Shown here one piece after another: positions 16,539 to 24,683 of a DNA stretch of 32,000 bases. Origin of the DNA: Candidatus Lokiarchaeum ossiferum (GTDB lineage: Archaea > Asgardarchaeota > Lokiarchaeia > Sigyniarchaeales > Promethearchaeaceae); NCBI GenBank assembly GCA_025839675.1, contig CP104013.1, forward strand, positions 4,530,001-4,562,000, read 5' to 3'. Positions within the stretch are counted from its first letter, which is position 1, and each line of letters begins with the position of its first letter. A program made the translations under genes and the position numbers. Below the pieces are notes generated by a model, which was not told the DNA's origin, made no database searches, and was given only the letters and a program-made list of their open reading frames with translations.

Positions 16539-18416
16539 TTGGATCGGGCTCGCATGCTTAAAAACAACATGGTTATTCAGCTTTTGGAAGAGAATGGCTT
16601 TTTTCTGTGGGAAACAGATTACAAATATATTTTGAAGTATTTGAGTCCACTTGCGGCCACAATTTCTGGTATCCCAATGGAAAAGATGCTGGGTATGTCA
16701 ATCTTTGACTTCCTTCCTGATGTCGATTCACCAGAAGTGTTGTGGTCCAGGAACCTAACTCACAATCCATCAACAATTCATGTGCAATGTGAATTTATTC
16801 AAAAGGATGGGCAAATAAATTCCTTAGAAATAATGGGACATCGCCAACAAAAAAACGATGGAGATTACTTTGTTGGAACAGGGAAGCTTTTGGATACATC
16901 TGATGAAAAGAATCGATTGTTTGTTCAGCGGGAACAACGATTGCGGATGCTTTTTGAGACTGCCAACGATCTAATTATGGATTTAGACAAGCAGGAAAAT
17001 ATTTTATCTATAAATCCTGCAGGATGTGCCCTTTTAGGGTACAAACCTCAAGAATTATCTGGTAATAGCATTAAGATGGTGATTGACCCCCAATTTCATA
17101 ATATTTCCGACGAGTATTCCTTGAAGAAATTAAAACATGAAACGGACGTCACCACGTATGAGATCAACTTCATTTCAAAAAGTGGAGAAAAAATTCCACT
17201 CGAATTAAGTACTCGATTATTATATTCTGGAGAAGAGATTATTGGGTATCAAGGGATTGGAAGGGATATTAGAGAGCGTCGCAGGTTTGAAGAAGAACGG
17301 ATTAAAACTCAAAAATTAGAATCCATCGGGTTATTGGCAGGAGGAATTGCCCATGATTTTAATAATATCTTGGTATCTATTATTGGAAATATTAATTTAT
17401 TACAGTTTCAAGAAGATGCAAATAAGGAAACAAAAGAAATTCTTCACGATCTTGAAACAGGTGCGTTTAGAGCACGAGATTTGACAAAGCAATTACTAAC
17501 ATTTTCAAAAGGGGGTTCACCCGTAAAAAAAATTATGGATATTAAAACAATTTTGAAAGAATCTGCTTCATTCATTCTTCGTGGGTCAAAATCGACTTGC
17601 AAATATATTTTTGAAGAAAATATCCCTCCGGTAGACGTTGATCCCGGGCAAATCAGTCAAGTTATGCATAATTTACTGATGAATGCAATTCAAGCGATGT
17701 CTCGGGGCGGAACCATCAAAATTTACTTATCTAATGTTGCATCAAACACCCTTCCGAGTTCTCTTAATCCCGATCTAAAGTATATTCGAATCGCAGTTCG
17801 GGACACGGGCCACGGAATTCCTAAACATTTGCAGGAAAAAATATTTGATCCTTATTTTACTACAAAAAAAACTGGTACGGGGCTAGGTTTGGCAACAAGT
17901 TATTCTATAATTAAAAATCATAATGGACTCCTGAGTTTTACTTCTGAATCTGGTATTGGTTCGACTTTTTCTTTCTATTTACCGACAATTGATGCAGAAG
18001 TCAAACCTCTCGAATCAGATCTCCCCATCGCAATCCGACAAATGAATCGGATTTTGGTAATGGATGATGATAAAAACATTCATCTCCTCCTAAGCCGAAT
18101 CCTAAAAAAACTAGGATTTCGGAGTACGTTTACTTTTGAAGGTGGGGAAACCATCCAATCCTTTCTTAATGCCAAGAAACAAAAGGATCCCTATAAAATG
18201 ATAATTATGGACTTGACGATTCCTGGTGGCATGGGGGGGAAAGAAACGGTCAAGCGAATCCGCGATCTGGATTCGGAAGTTTCGATAATAGTATCTTCGG
18301 GTTATTCTAACGATCCAATTATGGCTCATCATAGTGAATATGGGTTCGATGGTGTTTTGATAAAACCTTATACATTACGACAGCTTAAGCAAGTGCTCGC
18401 TGAATATTCAAATTAA
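16539..18416 (+). CDS. Hybrid sensor histidine kinase (PAS-PAS-HisKA-HATPase_c-REC)
   Basis: 625 aa. The ORF-track start is TTG; the first ATG is at 16554 (MLKNNMV). It has two PAS-like regions and the H-box LLAGGIAHDFNNIL. The ATPase boxes are HNLLMNAIQA (N), RDTGHGIP (G1) and GTGLGLA (G2). The C-terminal receiver reads ILVMDDD...IIMDLTIPGGMGG...KPY. Confidence 0.9.
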   Translation: MDRARMLKNNMVIQLLEENGFFLWETDYKYILKYLSPLAATISGIPMEKMLGMSIFDFLPDVDSPEVLWSRNLTHNPSTIHVQCEFIQKDGQINSLEIMGHRQQKNDGDYFVGTGKLLDTSDEKNRLFVQREQRLRMLFETANDLIMDLDKQENILSINPAGCALLGYKPQELSGNSIKMVIDPQFHNISDEYSLKKLKHETDVTTYEINFISKSGEKIPLELSTRLLYSGEEIIGYQGIGRDIRERRRFEEERIKTQKLESIGLLAGGIAHDFNNILVSIIGNINLLQFQEDANKETKEILHDLETGAFRARDLTKQLLTFSKGGSPVKKIMDIKTILKESASFILRGSKSTCKYIFEENIPPVDVDPGQISQVMHNLLMNAIQAMSRGGTIKIYLSNVASNTLPSSLNPDLKYIRIAVRDTGHGIPKHLQEKIFDPYFTTKKTGTGLGLATSYSIIKNHNGLLSFTSESGIGSTFSFYLPTIDAEVKPLESDLPIAIRQMNRILVMDDDKNIHLLLSRILKKLGFRSTFTFEGGETIQSFLNAKKQKDPYKMIIMDLTIPGGMGGKETVKRIRDLDSEVSIIVSSGYSNDPIMAHHSEYGFDGVLIKPYTLRQLKQVLAEYSN

Positions 18417-18988
18417 GATTTTGATCGAAGCAGATGATGAATTTCTGCCTTAAGGGTATCAATTTTCTTCACTAACTTATCTTCTTGCGATTGATCAATA
18501 CATGGATCATCTAATTGTTTAAGAAGTTGGTCGATTTCTTGACGTTTGGATAAAATTTCTGCGGGTAATCCCTCAATATTCTTTTCTTTTTTGGCTTTTT
18601 GAGGAAATTTGGCGTGCTCCCTCGATTTTTGAAATAAACTATCACCAATGTGACGAATAAGTTCTTCAGGGGATGAATTTTCAAGATTTAGGGAGGGTTT
18701 TTTTATAACTTCACAATTTTTTTGCTGCTGCTCCAGAAAATCTTGATATTCTTCTGCTCCAAGTGCATTTGTGATGAAGAATGTCCCTTCATGGATTGTG
18801 AAAAAGATATCTTGGAAATTTTGGAGGTCCGAATCTTTGTTATTTTGTTGGGATGTTGAAAGATCTTTGTAATAAAACACACAATGGGGGGTAGTTAAAA
18901 TGATGAAGGCTTGAAAAGCTTTTTGCTTCAAATGGACCATATTTTGCGCAGAAAAGAACTCCGTTTTCAATGTGGGTATCTGTGTCAT
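18413..18988 (-). CDS. Hypothetical protein (191 aa) with a C-terminal coiled-coil-like tail
   Basis: Long ORF with no recognisable motif. Its stop codon overlaps the kinase stop in the tetranucleotide TTAA (18413..18416). Confidence 0.55.
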   Translation of the reverse strand: MTQIPTLKTEFFSAQNMVHLKQKAFQAFIILTTPHCVFYYKDLSTSQQNNKDSDLQNFQDIFFTIHEGTFFITNALGAEEYQDFLEQQQKNCEVIKKPSLNLENSSPEELIRHIGDSLFQKSREHAKFPQKAKKEKNIEGLPAEILSKRQEIDQLLKQLDDPCIDQSQEDKLVKKIDTLKAEIHHLLRSKS

Positions 18989-19090
18989 CGGAAGTAGCTC
19001 GGTACCTTACTAAAAGTGGAGGTGTCTTAAAGGCGTTGGGATCGGGCTTCCATTGATTTTTAAGGGATAAATTGCATTACACCTTTAGAT

Positions 19091-20320
19091 ATGAAGATCC
19101 CTTCCAGAATTATGCAACTTATCCATAGGCGTATTTTCTTGTGTGTACTGGTAATATTGAGTTTTATGCTTATTCCTTTAAATAGGGCAGGATCTCCAAT
19201 TGTTTCAGAAAATTTTCAGCCTTCTGGACAAGCACTAACGAAAACTTTATCGGGGTATAGTTATTTTCATGATAATGATGGTTATACTGGGTTTTATGGT
19301 GAATCGATCCAAATTGGGCATGAATTTGATTTTTATAATGAAGAATGGCGTGGATGGGCCGAGTGGGACATTTCGGACATTCCTGAATCTGCAAATATAA
19401 CTGCTGCGGGGCTTCGAATTGATGTGACTGGAATTCCAGTATCATGTGACTATCAGCGGGCTCAATTAGATGTGTATCAGATGACAAATCAGCCTTCGCT
19501 CTCTATTAATGATCCTGAATTATTATTTCTGGATGCGGGATCAGGCCTTCATCTCCGCGAGAATGTTTCCTATCCTTTAAGTGATAATGGAGTATATCCA
19601 ACATCCACTTCCTTTATTACTTTGGATCATGTTGCAATTCAAATTTTGAATGAATCGACTGCATCCGGTTGGTTTGCTGTGGGTTTTTCTGATTATTATC
19701 ATTCTGATTTGGGGCATGATAGTGATCAAGATGAAGGGGTCATTTTCGAAATTCTTGCATTTGAAATAAATTATACAGAGGGAGGTCAAGCCTATTCTCA
19801 AAATTTTTCCCAAGATGATCCCTCCGGATCAGGTTCAACCACCACGGAGACTTCAACTGGAGATGGTGGTGCGATTGATCCAGCCTCCATCATTATTATA
19901 GTTGTCACTATTGTTGTGATTCTTATTGCAGTAGGTATTACTCAAAAACGAAATCAAAATCGATCAAAGAGTTCTGAATATTCCTTGTTGAATTCTTCGG
20001 GTTCACAAGCTGTTGGTCAAAAACGATTCAAGTCAAAAAAAAAAGAATCGAAAAACCGAGTTAATGAAAAGAAATTATTAAAGAAATTTAAAAGTATCAT
20101 GGAGATTTCCCAAAGAATTTCCATTGAATCGGTTGCTACCAGCTTAGAAGTCACAGAAAAACAATTATTCGAATTGCTTTTGAAATGGAAAAGATCTTTG
20201 CCTGTGATCATAGATGGGGATTTTATTCTCATTAATGATATTACCGAATTTGTGGGAGCATTGGATCAAGAATTTTCTGATTGGGATTCCCATCAAAAGA
20301 CGAAAGATGGGAAAGTGTGA
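19091..20320 (+). CDS. Single-pass membrane protein: extracellular beta-sandwich-like domain, Ser/Thr stalk, TM helix, basic juxtamembrane region, cytoplasmic winged-helix-like domain
   Basis: 409 aa with an N-terminal signal/anchor. WRGWAEWDISDIPESANITAAGLRIDV resembles the FDLS.IP..A.I..A.L pattern of DNRLRE/CBM-like domains. The TM helix is IIIIVVTIVVILIAVGI. The cytoplasmic region ISIESVATSLEVTEKQLFELLLKWKRSLPVIIDGDFILIN looks like a winged helix. The protein ends in ALDQEFSDWDSHQKTKDGKV. Confidence 0.75.
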   Translation: MKIPSRIMQLIHRRIFLCVLVILSFMLIPLNRAGSPIVSENFQPSGQALTKTLSGYSYFHDNDGYTGFYGESIQIGHEFDFYNEEWRGWAEWDISDIPESANITAAGLRIDVTGIPVSCDYQRAQLDVYQMTNQPSLSINDPELLFLDAGSGLHLRENVSYPLSDNGVYPTSTSFITLDHVAIQILNESTASGWFAVGFSDYYHSDLGHDSDQDEGVIFEILAFEINYTEGGQAYSQNFSQDDPSGSGSTTTETSTGDGGAIDPASIIIIVVTIVVILIAVGITQKRNQNRSKSSEYSLLNSSGSQAVGQKRFKSKKKESKNRVNEKKLLKKFKSIMEISQRISIESVATSLEVTEKQLFELLLKWKRSLPVIIDGDFILINDITEFVGALDQEFSDWDSHQKTKDGKV

Positions 20321-20351
20321 ACACTTTGCGATGTCAATTCAGGAAAATGAA

Positions 20352-20362
20352 TTTTTTTTTTT
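20352..20362 (+). terminator. Oligo-T tract (T11) 32 nt after the stop of 19091..20320
   Basis: A run of 11 T. Archaeal terminators are oligo-T tracts. Confidence 0.45.
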
Positions 20363-20414
20363 AAACTCGTTTTGTCGGAGTAAATTTTAATAGCTTTTAC
20401 AGCAACATTGATCC

Positions 20415-21515
20415 ATGCGAGAAGATCTCCGAAATCAACGTTACAAAGTTGATAAAGTTGAATCTAAAGCCTTGGAAGGAAACCCTCTAAAGGTAACGAA
20501 TGTAAGGGATGTTTCTATCTATCTCCCTCCTTCCTATTTTGAGGATGAAACAACGAAATTTCCTGTGATTTATTTGCTCCATGGGTATGGAGGGTCGATA
20601 ACTGATTTAATTGTGGGGACTCAAGCAGATTTCAAACGGAATTATCCATTAATTTTGCGAATTTTGTTAAAAAAAGTTTTTAGTAATCTTACAACTTTTG
20701 AAAAGCTGGATCAGCTAATTATGAGTAAGGAAATTCCTCCTTTCATCTTAGTTCAGCCAGACGGATCCTTGAGGATCCACGATATGTTTGAAACAAAAAA
20801 TCCTGATGGATCTTACAAGATGAAAGGAAGTTTCTATGTAAATTCTCCCTTCACGGGAAACTATAATGACTTTATTTTTGAAGAAGTTCCTTCTTATATA
20901 GAACAAAAATATCGCGTTAAACCTCAAAAAGAATCTCGTGCATTAATTGGAGGTTCGATGGGAGGATACGGTGCTCTTTTAGGTGGGATGAAATATCCTG
21001 ACCAATATAACATTGTCGTTGCCTTGAGTCCCTTGATTATTCCTCTCAATCTCTTCAACGTGGAAATGATGATGCCCATTTATCGCAAAATTTATGGAAA
21101 AAAGAAAGCTAAAGCAATAGGCCAAAAAGACATCGATGATATTCGTGATTCTTCGGATTTAATCTTCTCTCACAATGCACCCGTTATCCCCACAATGCAG
21201 AAAAATGATGGGAAAATTATTTTAACAAATCAAGAAGGTATTGCAAATTGGCAAACCGCGGATTTAACTAATGTAATTTTGCAATATCCCTCTGCATTCA
21301 AAGATCTTACCTTGATCCTTAGTTGTGATATTTTAGATGAGTATCATTTTGCGCCTGAAATTAGAGAATTTCATCAAGTGCTCTTGAATCATAATATTCC
21401 GCATGAGATCGATATATATGAGGATAGTCAAGCAGAAAAAATATCTCCTCATACTCTTGGAATCGGAAATCAAATTCTCCCTTCTATAAAGAGATGTCTG
21501 AATGAGATTAAATAA
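20415..21515 (+). CDS. Alpha/beta-hydrolase of the putative-esterase family (enterochelin esterase / esterase D-like)
   Basis: 366 aa. It has YLPPSY...FPVIYLLHGYGGS and the nucleophile elbow IGGSMGGYGAL (GxSxG). Confidence 0.75.
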   Translation: MREDLRNQRYKVDKVESKALEGNPLKVTNVRDVSIYLPPSYFEDETTKFPVIYLLHGYGGSITDLIVGTQADFKRNYPLILRILLKKVFSNLTTFEKLDQLIMSKEIPPFILVQPDGSLRIHDMFETKNPDGSYKMKGSFYVNSPFTGNYNDFIFEEVPSYIEQKYRVKPQKESRALIGGSMGGYGALLGGMKYPDQYNIVVALSPLIIPLNLFNVEMMMPIYRKIYGKKKAKAIGQKDIDDIRDSSDLIFSHNAPVIPTMQKNDGKIILTNQEGIANWQTADLTNVILQYPSAFKDLTLILSCDILDEYHFAPEIREFHQVLLNHNIPHEIDIYEDSQAEKISPHTLGIGNQILPSIKRCLNEIK

Positions 21516-21549
21516 GGGATTGAGTGAATGTGATTGAAAAACCAATATA

Positions 21550-21795
21550 TTAGGGCTCAATTTTGAAGCAAGATGTTCCTGGATTCGGTGATTTTTTTCG
21601 AGATAACCGAAATCCTTCCTTTTTCATTTGTGCGATAAATTTTTGGGATTGTACGTAGGATTTGAGAATTGTTCCTTTATTGAAACCATGGATTATTTGA
21701 AGAATTTGATCATTTTTAGCCTTACACTCTTTCAAGGTGTGCAAAATTTCGATATACGCTTCTGCTTGTTCATATCCATGCAAATCACATTCCAT
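21550..21795 (-). CDS. Stand-alone Smr-domain protein
   Basis: 81 aa. MECDLHGYEQAEAYIEIL....ILQIIHGFNKGTILKSYV matches the Smr pattern (DLHG....EA........vIHGkG.g.L). Confidence 0.65.
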   Translation of the reverse strand: MECDLHGYEQAEAYIEILHTLKECKAKNDQILQIIHGFNKGTILKSYVQSQKFIAQMKKEGFRLSRKKSPNPGTSCFKIEP

Positions 21796-21834
21796 TAAAG
21801 ATCAAAAGAAGTTAACATTATTTCCTTGAAAAAT

Positions 21835-23091
21835 TTATGGTAAAGGATTAGTTGTATGATGTTGAGTAATGACATTATTAAGAACCTGACTCAATTGCGC
21901 AATATCATAGGGTTTTTTTAATACACCACGAAAACCATGGTGCGTGTAATCCTTAAAAATGGGGTCTTTAGCATATCCACTGGAAACAATTGCATTGATA
22001 TTCGGATCAATTTTTAGCCAAATAAGAGCTCCAAATCCTCCCAATCCTCCGAGTTCGGATAGATCAAGGATAACAGCATCGTATTTCTTCCTTTCTTTCA
22101 TGCTTTTTTGATATAATTTGAGTGCTTCTTCAATTCGGGCTGCAGTATCAACTTTGTAACCCAAACGGGAAATCATTTTTTGGGTTGTATGGCGGAGACT
22201 CGCTTCATCATCCAACAGTAATATTCTTCCCTTTCCCAAAACCATTTTTTCTTTAGTTAACGTGCGTAACATATTTCGATCAGGTATATTTGTGTGCTTT
22301 TGATAGATTTCGGTATTTTTACTCAAATTTTTGGAAATAGTTAACAAGCGTGATGTCAAGTCTCTTGCTCTATCACAAGATTTTTCTGCATCGGTCAAAC
22401 TTTCATATTGTTCGTCTTCTTTTTGAGCGTCGAGTTTAGCTAAAGCCACATTTCCCAAGATTGATGACAGAACATTGTTTAAAGTGTGTCCAATGGTTCT
22501 TCCCATCATACTAATGGATCCTAACTTCAATTCTAGTTCAGTTATTTTCCGTTTAAGTATCAAATTTTCTTCAAATGTTTTGTTGGATTCTTTTTTGATA
22601 TTTTTTTTTTTTTTTAATTTAGGGATTGATTTTCGGATAATATCATGATTGTTGCTAAGGTGTTCTTTTTGCTTAAGTATATCTTCAAAAAGGCTTAAAA
22701 ATTTAATTTCCACCTCTCCAGAATCATTTTCGATAGGATTGAGGGTTGAAATGTCAGAATTAAAATAAAATTCAGTTAAATTGTGTAAGAGAGTATTGGC
22801 GAGATTGTCGGAACAATCCTTAGTTGTGATTAAGACAAAGATATCATTGCATTGAATTTTACTACTATAAATTTTAAATTCCTCAAATTCTACATACCGA
22901 AGTATATCACCATCGAAAAATACTTCACCAGACGAATTCAAAGCTGAAAAAAATCCAGCAAAAAATAAATCTTCCTGATTCCATTTCATTTCAAAATATG
23001 GTGTTGCAAACCACTTGAAGAAGGGGACTCCGGATGAACGAATCCAATAAAAACCGCAAAAAGAATGATTTGAATTCAATATATCTTCCAC
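21835..23091 (-). CDS. Atypical two-component protein: longin/roadblock-like N-terminal module, DHp (HisKA-like H-box) and receiver, with no ATPase domain
   Basis: 418 aa. The H-box MMGRTIGHTLNNVLSSILGNVALAKL...ARDLTSRLLTISK is collinear with the kinase DHp at 16539..18416. About 30 aa later the REC domain begins (ILLLDDEASL...AVILDLSELGGLGG...KKPY). No N, G1 or G2 boxes are visible. Confidence 0.8.
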   Translation of the reverse strand: MEDILNSNHSFCGFYWIRSSGVPFFKWFATPYFEMKWNQEDLFFAGFFSALNSSGEVFFDGDILRYVEFEEFKIYSSKIQCNDIFVLITTKDCSDNLANTLLHNLTEFYFNSDISTLNPIENDSGEVEIKFLSLFEDILKQKEHLSNNHDIIRKSIPKLKKKKNIKKESNKTFEENLILKRKITELELKLGSISMMGRTIGHTLNNVLSSILGNVALAKLDAQKEDEQYESLTDAEKSCDRARDLTSRLLTISKNLSKNTEIYQKHTNIPDRNMLRTLTKEKMVLGKGRILLLDDEASLRHTTQKMISRLGYKVDTAARIEEALKLYQKSMKERKKYDAVILDLSELGGLGGFGALIWLKIDPNINAIVSSGYAKDPIFKDYTHHGFRGVLKKPYDIAQLSQVLNNVITQHHTTNPLP

Positions 23092-23279
23092 AACGATATC
23101 CTCCTTATAGGTTGACTTTCTTTTTAATCAAGAAATCTGAAAGCTCTATCTAATTTGTAGTGTTGGGACTTATTAATATATGATTTTTCTGGAATTTCTT
23201 GGAAAAATTCTGATAAGATTTGATAAATTGCTCTAATGATTTAGAAAAACAAAATTTATGATGAAAAGTATATTTTTGA

Positions 23280-24344
23280 TTAAATATCAGGTTTTAGTGA
23301 ATTTAGTTCTTGGATTTTTTTTCTTCGTTCTGCTACTTCATTGAACCATGTTTTTAATCCCTTTAAATCAAATAGAATACGATCAATCAAAGTATACATT
23401 TCTGGATATCCTTTAAGGAATACTAATTTCTGTTTCGGGTCTCGCAATTGATCTTGAACTGCTTGGAGGCGTGGAATCCAGCCCATCAGTTGTTCGTGAT
23501 AATAATGTCGAAACAGTCGGAAAGAAATCGCGATGTTTTTTAAAACATAACCATCTTTGGTTAGATTTGGTTGAATAAATCTTTCGATAGCTAATTCCCG
23601 AAGTTTTTTATTTACGGTAGGCAGTGAAATTCCTGTTAATTCACACAATTTGGTGGATGAGAGGTGGCAACGAGTCATTAAATAAGAAAAAATTGAAGCC
23701 TTTTTTTTATCTGAATCTTCGAAAAAGTCTGAATCTGTAAAATATTTGCAAATTTTTTTTTCAATTTCTTCTATTTCAGGATCAAAATGTGGATTTAAGG
23801 GAGGAATTGGGTTATCCAACCGTGCTAGATCCAATTCAAATCTCTTTCCCAACTTAGCGGCTTGACGGAACTCGGTAAAATATACTAAGTCTTCTAATCG
23901 GTGAATAAGTAATAAACCTCCATCAAGAAGCTGTTTTTGTTGTAATAATAGAATATTTTTTTTAGTAAATGATTGAGCTTCATTTATATTGTCTAAATTC
24001 TCTTCAAAGGTGATATAATCTAATTTAGGATAATACATAAGACTCGAATATTCTTGCAAATGAGTACCAGGGATAGTCTCTTTTGCAATAACATTTCCAT
24101 CATGAAGATAGTTTAAAACATTTGAAATGGTTCCTTTTGAATAATTGGTTAGAGTTTGAACATTATCTTGGGTTAATCGTTTATAAAGTAAGAAATAAGC
24201 ATAAATCACGGCAGTTTTCACTTTTCTTCCATTCAATTTGGCGATGTGAGAATAGAATTCTGTAAGTATTTCTTCAAAAGATTTAATTTTACCCTCAAAT
24301 CGAAAATCGTGATTATACATATTTTTCATGTTCATTAAGTCCAA
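23280..24344 (-). CDS. Putative transcriptional regulator with two winged-helix-turn-helix-like segments
   Basis: 354 aa. HTH-like segment 1 is LTQDNVQTLTNYSKGTISNVLNYLHDGNVIAKE. Segment 2 is LSSTKLCELTGISLPTVNKKLRELAIERFIQ. The gene is divergent from the tandem paralog pair across a 339-bp AT-rich spacer. Confidence 0.6.
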   Translation of the reverse strand: MDLMNMKNMYNHDFRFEGKIKSFEEILTEFYSHIAKLNGRKVKTAVIYAYFLLYKRLTQDNVQTLTNYSKGTISNVLNYLHDGNVIAKETIPGTHLQEYSSLMYYPKLDYITFEENLDNINEAQSFTKKNILLLQQKQLLDGGLLLIHRLEDLVYFTEFRQAAKLGKRFELDLARLDNPIPPLNPHFDPEIEEIEKKICKYFTDSDFFEDSDKKKASIFSYLMTRCHLSSTKLCELTGISLPTVNKKLRELAIERFIQPNLTKDGYVLKNIAISFRLFRHYYHEQLMGWIPRLQAVQDQLRDPKQKLVFLKGYPEMYTLIDRILFDLKGLKTWFNEVAERRKKIQELNSLKPDI

Positions 24345-24683
24345 AATCGTTAAAATGCTTTTTTTCTAAATACAATAATGGGTGCAACACCTAAAAATAT
24401 ATTGAATTTTGATATTATATGCAACACGGCTGAAAATACTGAATAAACCCTATTAAATTATTTTAAATTATAATATCTGTAATAATATTTGTTATATCAA
24501 AGAAAAATGGAATAATAAAACTATATTGTGGATTATCGTAATTTTGTGTAATACAATTTTTCTATTATTTTAAAATTCATTTTCAGTAAAATTTATATTG
24601 TCGAAGTTATTCAATTTATTTGACCTGACTCGTGTCAAAAAAAGAAAGTAATTACATATTTCATAAAATTTAGGTGTTTAAAG

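Noticed and set aside
20415-23091. Esterase plus Smr plus signalling protein as a candidate defence or toxin system
   Set aside because: The esterase is on the opposite strand and convergent. I see no NTPase, nuclease-helicase or toxin-antitoxin hallmarks, so the evidence is insufficient to call a defence system.
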